Assembly: GCA_949282305.1 (NCBI GenBank)
Contig: CASDPB010000036.1
Coordinates: 66,425-130,424 of the forward strand
Reading direction: 5' to 3'
DNA: 64,000 nt
From: an uncultured Lentisphaeria bacterium
GTDB taxonomy: Bacteria > Verrucomicrobiota > Lentisphaeria > Victivallales > UBA1829
The notes under the pieces were generated by a model, which saw only the letters and a program-made list of their open reading frames with translations, did not search any database and had not been told where the DNA came from. Numbering within the stretch: the stretch's first letter is position 1; the number at the start of each line of letters is the position of its first letter. Position numbers and translations under genes: made by a program. Of this stretch, positions 18,220 through 28,177 are shown piece after piece.

Positions 18220-20340
18220 TCAGTCTTCGGGGGAAAGCTCTTTTGCAAGGGCTTCCGGGAGGGCGGAAATCTTTTTGATTCTGACGCTGTCGCCATGCGG
18301 CAGCCGGACGGTATCACCGACTTTGGAGCCGAGGAGCGCTTCTCCGAATTTTGTCTTGTAGGAGACCATGTTTTTATCGGGATCGCCGTCCCATGCGCCG
18401 ACGATGTAGTAATCGGTTGTTTTTCCGTCCGCGGCTTCCACCGTGACCGTCGTGCCGAAAGAGACTTTTTCCGGGTCGATCTTGATGACGCGGAAATCAA
18501 TGGGCTGAACAGTCGCAATCAGCGTTTCGAGTTCGGAACGGCGTCTCTGGAGGAAGCGTCTGCGTTCCTTTGCCGCATCGTATTCGGCGTTTTCGCGGAA
18601 GTCGCCGAAGCCGCGCGCATGTTCAATTGCCTTGTTGTTTTCCGGCACCTGAACCTTGACGATGTCGTCGAGTTCGGCGACGAGTCCTTTGTAGGAACGG
18701 ACGGAGGTCATCGGCGGTCCTTCCTTCGGCTTCTTGCCCGCTTCCGCTTCCTGTGCCGCGAGCAGTTTTCTGCCTTCGCCGCTTTCGATGTGCTCCTTGA
18801 GCGCTTCGGAATGACGGGAGAGTTTTACAAGCAGACTCTGGCATTCGCCGGGAGCCATGTTGCGCATTCTCTGGATGGCGTTGATGACGGACGGGATATT
18901 GGAACCTGCGTTGGCGAGCACGAATTTCTGGAATTCGGCTTTGTCAAACAGCGATTTTTTGAGTTCGCGCTGAGCCGCCGCCCACTCTTTCGGGAGTCCT
19001 TCGACGGAGAGTGCAGCGGAGATGTTTGCCATTGTGATGAAGTCTGTAAGCTCGCTCGGGAATTTCGCTCTGTTTTTCCAGATTGCCAGGATGATGTCGG
19101 AATTGAGATTGTTTGCCGCGAAGACTGCGTCGCTGATGTCATCCACGGTCAGTGTCTCGAAAATGATTGAGATGCAGCGGAGCGGAAGCATGGTGGCGAG
19201 TTTTGCGATTTCAAGCCGGTCATAAACGAGGCTTGCGGCTTTCAGAAAGCCGGTGAAATGCTTGACGGGAAGTCTGCCCCAGACTTCAAGCTGTTTCAGC
19301 GGAATGGAGTCGTTGATCGTCTGCGGCCAGAATGCGACTTTGCCGCGCAGCGGCTGATACATGACTTTCAGTGTCTCCGCGTCCGCCGAATTTGCAAGGA
19401 GCGCAATACATTCCGCCAGCATTTCGAGGTCTTTCGGAGACATGACCGGTTTCAGGTGCAGGAAGAGTTTGGAAAGTTTCTGCGCCGCCGGCAGATCGAC
19501 TTTGACTGTCGCGGGATCCAGCGGGGCGAGGAGCGTGGAAAGTTCGAGAATGCTTCTGGCATCCTGAAATTCCCGTTGTCTGCGCACTGCCGCCGCCGGT
19601 GCTTCCGTGGAAGACCACCATGTCCCGAATTCCTCCTGGGAAAGAATCCGCGGGATGAACATTTTGGAGAGAATCTCCTTCATCTTGGATTCGGAGAGAT
19701 CGCCGAGAGAGTATTTTTCAAGTTTCTGGCGGTAGAAGGAAGAGGGTTTGAGGTTGCGTTTTTCCGTGGCGATGATGGAAGTCATTTCAACGCTCGGCTC
19801 GAAAAAGAGGCAGCCCGCAAGAGCGTTCGCAATCGGAATGGAGAGCTGTGCGCCTGTTGCGAAAGTATTGACCGCGATGGTTGCAACAACCTTGTCGACG
19901 TTGACGACTCTGCCCCAGCTCTGGGAATCAATCTGATAGACAAAGGCGTTGGTTTTGAGTTTCTGAAGTTTCCTGATGCGCGCCGCGACGTCGTGAACCG
20001 GAACGGACTGGTCTCTTGCCCCCACTGTTTTTGCGATGCCCGGGCTTGAGATATAAGGAGGAAGGAATTTTCTGACTGCGTTATGGAGTGCCGTACGGAA
20101 ATTCTGCGTGTCAAGAACTGAATTTTCTGCAAGATAAAGGCAAACGGCTGCTTTGTCATCGAATTTGGCGACGGTGTCGTCCCATGCCTCGAAAAGGAAA
20201 TCGAAATTTGCCGCCGAGTCCTTTAAGAGTTTTACATCACAAGTTTTTATCTCCGAGAGAAGTTTGATTACCGCCGCATCGTTGTTTTCTTGTGCCGCGG
20301 TAACGATCAGGTCATCCAACGCCTGTTGTTCCGTAATCAT
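18220..20340 (-). CDS. greA: long-form transcription elongation factor GreA (about 550-aa N-terminal extension plus GreA/GreB core)
   Basis: 706 aa. The C-terminal 150 aa read ..ARGFGDFRENAEYDAAKERRRFLQRRRSELETLIATVQPIDF...VSFGTTVTVE...YYIVGAWDGDPDKNMVSYKTKFGEALLGSKVGDTV, which is the GreA coiled-coil tip plus FKBP-like domain. The length class is like the roughly 715-aa GreA I recall from Chlamydia. Confidence 0.85.
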   Translation of the reverse strand: MITEQQALDDLIVTAAQENNDAAVIKLLSEIKTCDVKLLKDSAANFDFLFEAWDDTVAKFDDKAAVCLYLAENSVLDTQNFRTALHNAVRKFLPPYISSPGIAKTVGARDQSVPVHDVAARIRKLQKLKTNAFVYQIDSQSWGRVVNVDKVVATIAVNTFATGAQLSIPIANALAGCLFFEPSVEMTSIIATEKRNLKPSSFYRQKLEKYSLGDLSESKMKEILSKMFIPRILSQEEFGTWWSSTEAPAAAVRRQREFQDARSILELSTLLAPLDPATVKVDLPAAQKLSKLFLHLKPVMSPKDLEMLAECIALLANSADAETLKVMYQPLRGKVAFWPQTINDSIPLKQLEVWGRLPVKHFTGFLKAASLVYDRLEIAKLATMLPLRCISIIFETLTVDDISDAVFAANNLNSDIILAIWKNRAKFPSELTDFITMANISAALSVEGLPKEWAAAQRELKKSLFDKAEFQKFVLANAGSNIPSVINAIQRMRNMAPGECQSLLVKLSRHSEALKEHIESGEGRKLLAAQEAEAGKKPKEGPPMTSVRSYKGLVAELDDIVKVQVPENNKAIEHARGFGDFRENAEYDAAKERRRFLQRRRSELETLIATVQPIDFRVIKIDPEKVSFGTTVTVEAADGKTTDYYIVGAWDGDPDKNMVSYKTKFGEALLGSKVGDTVRLPHGDSVRIKKISALPEALAKELSPED

Positions 20341-20487
20341 CGGATCACGCTCCTTATTTTTATGTCAATTAGCCGATTGTAATTTCTCATAACCTGATAA
20401 TATACGGTTTCCGGCATTGTTTTTCAAGAAGTCGTCGTTCCGATTTTTCTTTTTTTTGAGGGAAACGGGGCACTGATACGGCGGCCG

Positions 20488-21498
20488 TCACCCTCTGGAC
20501 AGCCTGCGTTCCTGTGCCGGATTCTGTTCCAGAGTCTGCCAGTAGCGCGGAGACGGACCCCTGCGGACTTCCCGCATCAAAGCCCGGAATGCGTCGAGGG
20601 TATTCAGGAAGGGCACGGAGGCGCGGAGCTCGCCGGGAAAACCGCGTCCGCGCAGATACTCCAGGATGGTCTTGCGGCTGATCCGGAGCGCCAGTTCCTC
20701 CCCGTAGAAATCAACTGCGGAATAAAAGTGCGTCTCCATTTCGTCCGCGAGTTCTTCCGGAGTCGGCGGTTCCGCCTCCGGATCCGCGATTTCCCGGAAG
20801 ATCCAGGGATTGCCGAGGGCGCCGCGCGCGACCATGCCGTTTTCACAGCCGCTTTCCGCGACAAGATTACGGTAAAGAGCGGCGGACAGCGCCCCTCCGT
20901 TCGCCACGACGGGGATGGAAAGGTTTTTCCTGACTTCTCTTATGATTTCATGGTGCACCGGCCCCGAGTAGAACATTTTCATCAGGCGCCCGTGAATTGT
21001 GATCGTCCGCGCTCCCGCATTTTCCAGCCGTTTTGCAAACTCGACGGTCGGTGCGGGATCATTCTCGTCCAGAATGCGCATCTTTGCCGTGACCGGAATT
21101 TTTGAATGTTCCGCAAGAATGGAAAAGGCTTCGACAGCCTGATCCGGGCGCCGGACGACGAAAGTTGCGCCTTCTCCTTTTTTCGCAACTTTCGGGGCAG
21201 GGCATCCGAGATTGAAGTCAAGAACGGAAAAATCAAGTCCGTTGATGATTTCGACCGCCTTTTTCAGAATCTCCGGTTCCGAGCCGACAAGCTGGATTCC
21301 CAGGAAATCTTCGGCGGGAGCGCGTTTGATCAGAGTCATGGTCTTGTGATTGCCGAACACGAGGGATCCCGCGTCCACCATTTCCGTGAATGCGTAACAG
21401 CAGCCGTGGCGTCTTGCGGAAAGACGCATCGGCAGGTCGGTGTGCCCTGCGAGCGGAGCGAGAATTGCGGTCCCCGCCGGATAAATGCGGTTGTTCAT
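20488..21498 (-). CDS. tRNA-dihydrouridine synthase (Dus family)
   Basis: Motifs LAPLAGHTDLPMRLSARRHG, IQLVGSEP, DFNLGCPAPKVAKKGEGA, VTAKMRI and TIHGR. ATG 21498 is chosen; the track ORF starts at TTG 21537. Confidence 0.9.
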   Translation of the reverse strand: MNNRIYPAGTAILAPLAGHTDLPMRLSARRHGCCYAFTEMVDAGSLVFGNHKTMTLIKRAPAEDFLGIQLVGSEPEILKKAVEIINGLDFSVLDFNLGCPAPKVAKKGEGATFVVRRPDQAVEAFSILAEHSKIPVTAKMRILDENDPAPTVEFAKRLENAGARTITIHGRLMKMFYSGPVHHEIIREVRKNLSIPVVANGGALSAALYRNLVAESGCENGMVARGALGNPWIFREIADPEAEPPTPEELADEMETHFYSAVDFYGEELALRISRKTILEYLRGRGFPGELRASVPFLNTLDAFRALMREVRRGPSPRYWQTLEQNPAQERRLSRG

Positions 21499-21569
21499 GA
21501 AGTGAGCTGTCCGTAAAATGAAATTCCCCGCATTCAAGCGGGGAAAGAGGGGTTCAAACCGTTGAAAAA

Positions 21570-22448
21570 TCAGCGGGAGAAAAACTTCGCCGCGTCTTTT
21601 TCATTCTTGATTTCGGGGGCTCCGTCCGCCGCGCACCATTCCTCGACGTGGACGATTTCCTCGCCGGGGCCGAGCTGATAGAGCGGACTGAGGGTTTCCG
21701 CTTCAAGCATTTTTTCGTTGGTGTAGATTTCAACGCTGCATCCGTTGTCCGGATATTCGGCATCAATGAAGTTCTCGAAACTTTTGGTGAAGACCGTTCC
21801 CTTGTTGATGTAGGAGAGCCAGCCGTTTTCGCAGTTGAATCCGAGTTTGCAGGGAGATTTTTTCGGATCCTGGCGAACCAGCAGGAAGTCTTCTCCGAAT
21901 GTGTAGCGCGGATCGTTCATGCGGGTGTAGGGCCAGAATGCGTAGAAGGTGTTCGGCAGGAGCGCGAACGGCGCCTTGTTCTGCGGCGCCACTGCGACAC
22001 CGCCCGGAGCCATGACCGTGATCGCCCATGCCGCGACTTCGATTTCCCACATGTTGTCGTTGCGGAGATGGTGTTCGATTTTGAATTTGTTTCCGCCGAG
22101 GGGCGTGATGACAATGGTTTTGGTGATGCCGGTGGTCTTTTCCCTGCCAGCCGAGAAAGAGACACCGCCGTCCTTGAGTTCCTTGACTGTCACTTTGGAA
22201 TTGTCCGGCGCATAGGTTCTGGGCATGATTTCAGGGGAATGCCAGAGACGGTGCCCCCCGTAGTTGACCCATTCTTTCGCGCCGCTTGTTCCGGCGAGGT
22301 CTTTATCGACATTGAAAATATTGTGTTTGTTTTTGCCGACGAAACCGCCCATGACGCGCGGTCCGACATCGGTTGTGACGATCAGTTTGAAATCGCCGCT
22401 TTTGAGTTCCACACAGTTTTTCCAACCTTGAAATGCTGTTTTTTTCAT
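21570..22448 (-). CDS. hypothetical protein, possibly galactose-mutarotase-like fold (DUF4380-like)
   Basis: The track ORF runs to 22841, but its first 131 aa are low-complexity. ATG 22448 gives MKKTAFQGWKNCVELKSGDFKLIVTTDVGPRVMGGF...YGGHRLWHSPE. The fold guess is from memory only. Confidence 0.7.
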   Translation of the reverse strand: MKKTAFQGWKNCVELKSGDFKLIVTTDVGPRVMGGFVGKNKHNIFNVDKDLAGTSGAKEWVNYGGHRLWHSPEIMPRTYAPDNSKVTVKELKDGGVSFSAGREKTTGITKTIVITPLGGNKFKIEHHLRNDNMWEIEVAAWAITVMAPGGVAVAPQNKAPFALLPNTFYAFWPYTRMNDPRYTFGEDFLLVRQDPKKSPCKLGFNCENGWLSYINKGTVFTKSFENFIDAEYPDNGCSVEIYTNEKMLEAETLSPLYQLGPGEEIVHVEEWCAADGAPEIKNEKDAAKFFSR

Positions 22449-22745
22449 GTTCCTGCCTCTGTTTTTTATCGTGATGCGATACAATACACCCGGAAATGCC
22501 GTGATTCCAGCAAGGTTTTTTATTCTTCCGTCTTTTTTCCGGGGAAGTGCATTTTCAGACAGGGCGGCCCCCGCCGCAGCAGACGTTTCCGGCGGGAGAA
22601 TCGGGATTATTTTGTTCCGTCCTCCCATGGGCGTGTTTGAAACTTGCAGGCGACGGGATATATTATGCGGTCGCCGCAGCAGTTTCCCCTTTGCCGGAAC
22701 GCTGTTTTGGAAGATTTGACCGTTGTTTTGTGAAGAGGTGTCCTC

Positions 22746-23879
22746 ATGAGGATTGCGTTTGCCGTATTGAAATATTTTCCGTTCGGAGGACTGGAACGGG
22801 ATATGCTGCGGATGGCGGAATGTGCCGCAAAAAGGGGACATCGCGTCGTGATTTACACTTCAAAGTGGGAGGATGACGCCCGGCTGCCGGAGAATATCGA
22901 AGTAAAACTTCTCCCGCTGAAAGGCTTTTCCAATCACGGCAGGATGCGTGAGTTTGAACAGAAGTTCGATCAGGCTGTGAAAGAGAGTGTCTTTGATGTG
23001 AAAGTCGCCTTCAACAGGATCGGAGGATGTGACTTTTATTTTGCCGCCGACAACTGTTACGCGGTCGAGATGCCGAAGAAACATTCAAAATGGGTGTTGT
23101 CGCTCCTGCCGCGCTACCGTGCTTTTCTGAAGCAGGAAAGAACGGTCTTCGCTCCGGAGTCGTCCACTCGCATATTTTATATTGCGCCGCATCAGAAAGA
23201 GGATTTCATCCGCAGTTATGGAACGCAGGAGGAACGTTTTCTTTATCTGCCCCCCGGAATCAATGAAAAATGTGTCCGTCCTGCGGATGCGGATGAAATC
23301 CGCGCGGCGAAACGCCGGGAACTCGGCGTCGCGGAAGAGGAGCGGATGCTTCTTCAGGTTGCGTCCAATTACAGACTGAAAGGCGGCGACCGTTCAATTG
23401 AAGCGCTGTCTTCCCTGCCGGAAAGCCTCCGGAAGCGTTGCCGGCTGTTTTTTGCGGGGGTGCCGGAGGGCGGAGCGGGAGAGTCCCTGGCGCGGGAACT
23501 GCATCTGGAACGGCAGGTTGTTTTTCTCGGCGGGCGCAAGGATGTTCCGGAGCTGCTGCTTGCGGCGGATCTGCTGGTGCATCCCGCGCGGAACGAGGCG
23601 ACGGGGACGGTTCTTGCCGAAGCGATTGCGGCGGGGCTTCCGCTGATTTCATCCGGTGTGTGCGGATTCCGGAACTTTGTGGAGGATGCCGGCTGTCCGG
23701 TCATTGCGGAGCCGTGGGATCAGGAGGCGTTCAACCGTTCGCTTGCCGAAGTTCTGGAGCATCGGGAAGAATATCGCAGGAGAGCGCTGAAGCACGCATC
23801 CGAAGTCGATTTCTGCCGCCGTGCCGATGCCGCGGTTGATTTTATGGAACAATTTGCCGGGAAGTCCCGGAAAAAATAA
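22746..23879 (+). CDS. waaG: GT4 glycosyltransferase, LPS-core glucosyltransferase I (WaaG/RfaG)-like
   Basis: 377 aa. MRIAFAVLKYFPFGGLERDMLRMAECAAKRGHRVVIYTSKWEDD closely parallels the E. coli WaaG N-terminus (..CLYKYFPFGGLQRDFMRIA..RGH.V.VYT..WEGD). The C-terminal E..G.V..EA.A.GLP motif is present. Confidence 0.8.
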   Translation: MRIAFAVLKYFPFGGLERDMLRMAECAAKRGHRVVIYTSKWEDDARLPENIEVKLLPLKGFSNHGRMREFEQKFDQAVKESVFDVKVAFNRIGGCDFYFAADNCYAVEMPKKHSKWVLSLLPRYRAFLKQERTVFAPESSTRIFYIAPHQKEDFIRSYGTQEERFLYLPPGINEKCVRPADADEIRAAKRRELGVAEEERMLLQVASNYRLKGGDRSIEALSSLPESLRKRCRLFFAGVPEGGAGESLARELHLERQVVFLGGRKDVPELLLAADLLVHPARNEATGTVLAEAIAAGLPLISSGVCGFRNFVEDAGCPVIAEPWDQEAFNRSLAEVLEHREEYRRRALKHASEVDFCRRADAAVDFMEQFAGKSRKK

Positions 23880-23883
23880 GAAA

Positions 23884-23917
23884 GCAGGGGGGGCGGAATG
23901 GGTATTCGCCTCCCTGC
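23884..23917 (-). terminator. GC-rich hairpin between convergent genes (likely terminator of the minus-strand operon)
   Basis: GCAGGGGGGGCG..(loop)..CGCCTCCCTGC forms a stem of about 11 bp with one G.T pair and one bulge. On the minus strand it is followed by TTTCTTATTTTTTCC. Confidence 0.4.
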
Positions 23918-23940
23918 CGGTGGTGGAGTCTGAATCAGTT

Positions 23941-25308
23941 TCAGCACTGGATCAGCAGTCCGGAACAGGCTCTGATGTTGAAATTGAATGTAATCGTATC
24001 GTTTGCCAGGTTGAACGGAACTTCAAAACAGTTTGTTTTCGCGTCCAGAAGGCGGACGGTCAACGTTTCCTTTTCCTCTCCGGTCAGACCTTTGAGCTTG
24101 ATTTCCATTTTCTTGAACCGAAAATTGTCATCATCGCTAAAAGAGCCGATCACGACCGCTTTCCTGCCTTTTTTGTCCGTCGCCCCGAGAACCTGCACCA
24201 TTGCATCGTCTGATCCGGATTCGACTTCCGTGCCGAGACTTGCCAGTTTTTCAAACATGAAGTAGGAATACCAGGGTTTCTGAAGGTCGAACGTGACGGG
24301 ATGCCAGAGTCCGTTCATTCCGCAGCCGACCCGCATATCGTAATACATCAGCATGTCCAGCGGCAGTTTCTGGCAGCCGAGCATTGCGCAGAGCGCATAT
24401 GCTGCGCCTTTCATGCCCGCCTCCTGTTCCAGGGAATAACCCCAGGCGTCAGTCCAGCCTTTCACGTAATTCCATTCGTTCAGAATGCTTTCCGCCTGCG
24501 GCTGACCGTGGGTGTCCATGTAGTCGCGGACTTCCTGTACACTTGTAAAAATATCCGATACATTGCAGGCATAGCGGTGCCAGCTGTAGAAGTCCAGCTT
24601 GATGTGCTGTTTTTTCAGTTCGGCGAAGAACTTTTCGGTCCACTGGTCTCCGCGCCAGTTGTTGATCGGGGCGCAGGAGGCTGGACCGCCGATTTTGAGT
24701 TCAGGGAAACATTTTTTGAGATGCTTTGCCGTGATGCAGAACATCTGCCGGAATTCCTCGGCGGTTCCCTGCCAGTTGCGCTTGTTGGGGGAATCGTCAC
24801 CATCCAGATCGGCTTCGTTCCAGATTTCCCAATAGGTGATTTTCATGTTGAGCCCGTTTGCCCAGGAGCCGGTGCAGTGTCTGATGATATGTTCGCAGAT
24901 GACCGCAAACTTCCTGAAATCCGGGGGAGCGCAGGTGAACCATTTTCTCGGATTGTGTTCGATGCTGCCGCCGAGACGGAAGAACGGTTCGGTTCCGGCA
25001 CGTTCGATGCCTTTCAGGTAAAGGTCCGTCATGACGAAATCATAACTTGCCGGATCGGTCGGGTCGGCGTTGAAATCCTTGAAGATTGCGCGGACGTCAA
25101 CGGTATGCGGCGCACCGTATGCGCTGCAGAGATTTGCGTCATGCAGCCTGGCATATGGAATGTGCAGCATTTTGAACGTGTCGAAATTCCCGCTGGTCTG
25201 GTCGTCCTTTGGGATTTTGGGACCGTTGTTACCTGCGTTCATCGGTTTGATTCTGCCAAGCCTTTTGGTGAAATCCACGGAAATCCTGGAGTGCGTCCGA
25301 TCTGCCAT
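23941..25308 (-). CDS. clan GH-A glycoside hydrolase, GH39-like (beta-xylosidase/iduronidase-type), cytoplasmic
   Basis: 455 aa with no signal peptide. ITYWEIWNEADL (acid/base Glu region), DFYSWHRY and ILNEWNY (nucleophile Glu region) have the spacing typical of GH39. Confidence 0.7.
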   Translation of the reverse strand: MADRTHSRISVDFTKRLGRIKPMNAGNNGPKIPKDDQTSGNFDTFKMLHIPYARLHDANLCSAYGAPHTVDVRAIFKDFNADPTDPASYDFVMTDLYLKGIERAGTEPFFRLGGSIEHNPRKWFTCAPPDFRKFAVICEHIIRHCTGSWANGLNMKITYWEIWNEADLDGDDSPNKRNWQGTAEEFRQMFCITAKHLKKCFPELKIGGPASCAPINNWRGDQWTEKFFAELKKQHIKLDFYSWHRYACNVSDIFTSVQEVRDYMDTHGQPQAESILNEWNYVKGWTDAWGYSLEQEAGMKGAAYALCAMLGCQKLPLDMLMYYDMRVGCGMNGLWHPVTFDLQKPWYSYFMFEKLASLGTEVESGSDDAMVQVLGATDKKGRKAVVIGSFSDDDNFRFKKMEIKLKGLTGEEKETLTVRLLDAKTNCFEVPFNLANDTITFNFNIRACSGLLIQC

Positions 25309-25324
25309 GATAGCCCCCTGTCCT

Positions 25325-26692
25325 TTAGATAAGTTTTATGCCGTTGATTGCGCAATAGTTCCGGATGAGCTCCAGATTGTCGCCGTAAGTGACGATGTAA
25401 TGCTGGCTCATGACGTTTTTCAGAAAATCATCGGACGGTCTGCCGAAACAGACCTCAAGGCTCGGGAGCTGCGGGGCAGGGGGCGCCCATCCTGCCTCCT
25501 CCCATTTTTCAGGTGTCTTCGCTTCCGCTTTGACCGCGTGAATCACGAGTTCGCCGCCGACCTGCGCCAGACGCACGATCGTGACGGTGCCGGTTCTGAC
25601 TTTGGAGACATTCAGCAGCCCCTCGCCGAAAGAGCCGAACGCATTCGGCATGACGGTGACTTTTCCATCGACCGCGGATGCGGGAACGTAGTCCGGCACG
25701 CCCATGAACGCAGAATCTTTCGTGAATTCATAGAACTCCATATACGCAGGCGATTTTCCCGTGAGATATTTCATGATGAGTTCCGTGACTGCCCCGTAAG
25801 AATCGTTTTCCGGCACGGACGGAATGTCCATCTCGTCATGCAGGAGCGTCAGAGCACCTGCCGGAGCGAATTTCAGCAGTTTCTTCACGCCGTCCACATC
25901 GCAGAAGGAAAATGCGTCATATCCGCGCTCTTGAATCTTCTTCCGGAACGCAAGGGCGAGGCGCACGGAATTTTCCACGGTGCCCTCCTGCGGTGCACGC
26001 ACGAACTCCCAGTTTTTCCTGATTTTCTCCGCAAGAGCGTCGATTTCATCCTGCGGGATTTTCCTGATGAGGTTGTCGATTTCCAGCAGATCGAAGTGCT
26101 CGATTTCCGCGCCGATTTTCCTTTTGAGGAGGTTTCCGTCGTAAAGCGTGCCGAAAAGACGCATGTCTCGATAACCGCTCATGCCGATGAAGGCATGGTG
26201 CATCATAGCCGTCGCGGAAGCCGCCCGCAGGTAGGAGACGGCTTCATCATAGCGCGGGGCGGAGTCTTTGAAATTCACGAGATACTTGAAGTTGTAACCC
26301 ATCTCCTGCATCGGGGCGCGGAGCGCCGTGGTGCCTGCCTGATCAGCGGTGGTGACGAAATGACCGCTGTCGCGCCAGCCGCTGAGTCCCCAGAGGAGCA
26401 TCGGTTTATGCTTGAAAGGTTCGATGACCTTGATGACCGCCCAGGTCGGAATCCAGCCAGCGATGCAGACGACCAGGGCGTCGAAGTCGCCTCTGGAGAG
26501 TTCTTCGACCGCGCGCTGCGCCTGTTTCCCCTCCGGATCATCGCTGACCGGTGCTGTTTCGACCAGCTCCACGCCGCGTTTTTTGAGCTCATCCGCGGCG
26601 GTTCTGCATCTGCCGTCGATGAATTCACGCGGTGTGTTGACCTCGCCGAATCCTACGAAACCGGCACGGATTTTCCATTCTTTACGGATCAT
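25325..26692 (-). CDS. L-fucose/L-arabinose isomerase family protein
   Basis: 455 aa. The N-terminus IRAGFVGFGEVNTPREFIDGRC...FDALVVCIAGWIPTWAVIKVIEPFKHKPMLLWGLSGW resembles the short FucI-like isomerases. ATGA overlap with the upstream kinase gene. Confidence 0.75.
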   Translation of the reverse strand: MIRKEWKIRAGFVGFGEVNTPREFIDGRCRTAADELKKRGVELVETAPVSDDPEGKQAQRAVEELSRGDFDALVVCIAGWIPTWAVIKVIEPFKHKPMLLWGLSGWRDSGHFVTTADQAGTTALRAPMQEMGYNFKYLVNFKDSAPRYDEAVSYLRAASATAMMHHAFIGMSGYRDMRLFGTLYDGNLLKRKIGAEIEHFDLLEIDNLIRKIPQDEIDALAEKIRKNWEFVRAPQEGTVENSVRLALAFRKKIQERGYDAFSFCDVDGVKKLLKFAPAGALTLLHDEMDIPSVPENDSYGAVTELIMKYLTGKSPAYMEFYEFTKDSAFMGVPDYVPASAVDGKVTVMPNAFGSFGEGLLNVSKVRTGTVTIVRLAQVGGELVIHAVKAEAKTPEKWEEAGWAPPAPQLPSLEVCFGRPSDDFLKNVMSQHYIVTYGDNLELIRNYCAINGIKLI

Positions 26693-28173
26693 AATCTACC
26701 TCCGAATGTTGGCATTAACAATGAATTTAATTTTTGATACTGTCTGAAATATTCCTGATACGCGGCGGATTCGCCGTCCGGTTCAATGCGGGCGGAAATC
26801 CTGACCATGCGCGCGGCGGCGGCAGCGGTATCCGCAAAATCGCCGCAGGGGACTGCGCCGAGAATCGCCGCTCCGAGCGAAGTCGCCTCTTCGCATTCCG
26901 TGACCGTGACCGGCAGATTCAGGACGTCCGCCTTGATCTGAAGCCACAGGCGGCTCCTGGCCGCGCCGCCCAGAGAACGGATTTCCGTGATTTCCGCGCC
27001 GAGAGAACGCAGGACTTCGATGTTGTCGCGCAGGAGATAAGCCACGGATTCCATGATCGCACGTGCCCAGTGTCCGCGTTTGTGCGCCAGCGTGATCCCG
27101 TAGGCGATTCCGCGCGCTTCGGGATTGCAGACCGGCGACACCGCGCCCGCGCAGTGGGGCAGGAGAATCAGCCCTTCGCTTCCCGCCCTGACCGTCGCGG
27201 CGGCTTCATCGAACTCTTTGTAGCTCATGCCCCCCGTGAATTCATCCCGGAAATGTTTCAGGAGCATTCCGGCGGTCGGCGCCCACGGCAGGAGGACGAA
27301 GGTGTCCGGGGCGAACCCCAGATAGGTGCTGAGGCGCCGCTCCTCATCATAGACCAGCGACGGAAAGGCGGCGCAGAGCGCAAGAGTGCATCCGGTGGTT
27401 TCCGAGATCATCCCTTTTCCCGCACAGCCGCTTCCGAGGTTGCCGCAGACATGGTCGATCGGCGCCGCCGCCACCGGGGTGCCTGCCGGGATCACGGAAT
27501 CGTTTTCGATACATTCCCCGATGATCTCACCGGAGTCCCTGAGTCCAGGCAGCTGCTCCTCCCGTATCCCGAGAAAATCCAGCATATCCGCATCGTATTT
27601 TTTGGTACGGATGTCATAATAAAGACTTGACGGCATCAGTCCGCGGCAGGTTGCACAGCGTCCGGTCAGCTTGTGGACGATATAATCCTCGACCATCAGG
27701 AACTTTTCCGTTTTCGCGAAGAGCTCCGGTTCGTTTTCGCGGAACCACAGGATCTTCGCCGCAGGCCAGCAGGGCAGCATTTCCGTCTGTCCGGACAGAC
27801 GGAAGAGCGAGCCGGAGGTGAACTCTCTCTCTATGATTTTCGCCTCGCGGCCCGCCCGGTTGTCCAGCCATACAATCGCCTTGCGGAGCGGCTTGTGATC
27901 CGCCCCTGTCATAATCAGCGTTTCCGCCTGTCCCGTGACGGACAGCGCGCGGATGTTTTCCGGGGCGATTCCGGATCTCTCAACGGCGGTCTTTACGGCT
28001 TCCCGGGTGGAAGTCCAATACTGTTCCGCCTCCAGTTCGACAATGTCCGGCGCCGGTGTTTCGAGTGTGTATTCGGACAGGCCGCTTCCGCAGAGAGCGC
28101 CGCTGTCGTCGAACACCGCGGCTTTGATGCCGGTTGTCCCAATATCAATTCCAAGATAATACTTGTCGCTCAT
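26689..28173 (-). CDS. FGGY-family carbohydrate kinase (xylulokinase-like)
   Basis: 494 aa with YYLGIDIGTTGIKAAVFDDSG at the N-terminus and ..SLGGAARSRLWLQIKADVLNLPV.. at the C-terminus, both FGGY signatures. Confidence 0.9.
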   Translation of the reverse strand: MSDKYYLGIDIGTTGIKAAVFDDSGALCGSGLSEYTLETPAPDIVELEAEQYWTSTREAVKTAVERSGIAPENIRALSVTGQAETLIMTGADHKPLRKAIVWLDNRAGREAKIIEREFTSGSLFRLSGQTEMLPCWPAAKILWFRENEPELFAKTEKFLMVEDYIVHKLTGRCATCRGLMPSSLYYDIRTKKYDADMLDFLGIREEQLPGLRDSGEIIGECIENDSVIPAGTPVAAAPIDHVCGNLGSGCAGKGMISETTGCTLALCAAFPSLVYDEERRLSTYLGFAPDTFVLLPWAPTAGMLLKHFRDEFTGGMSYKEFDEAAATVRAGSEGLILLPHCAGAVSPVCNPEARGIAYGITLAHKRGHWARAIMESVAYLLRDNIEVLRSLGAEITEIRSLGGAARSRLWLQIKADVLNLPVTVTECEEATSLGAAILGAVPCGDFADTAAAAARMVRISARIEPDGESAAYQEYFRQYQKLNSLLMPTFGGRL

Positions 28174-28177
28174 AATC

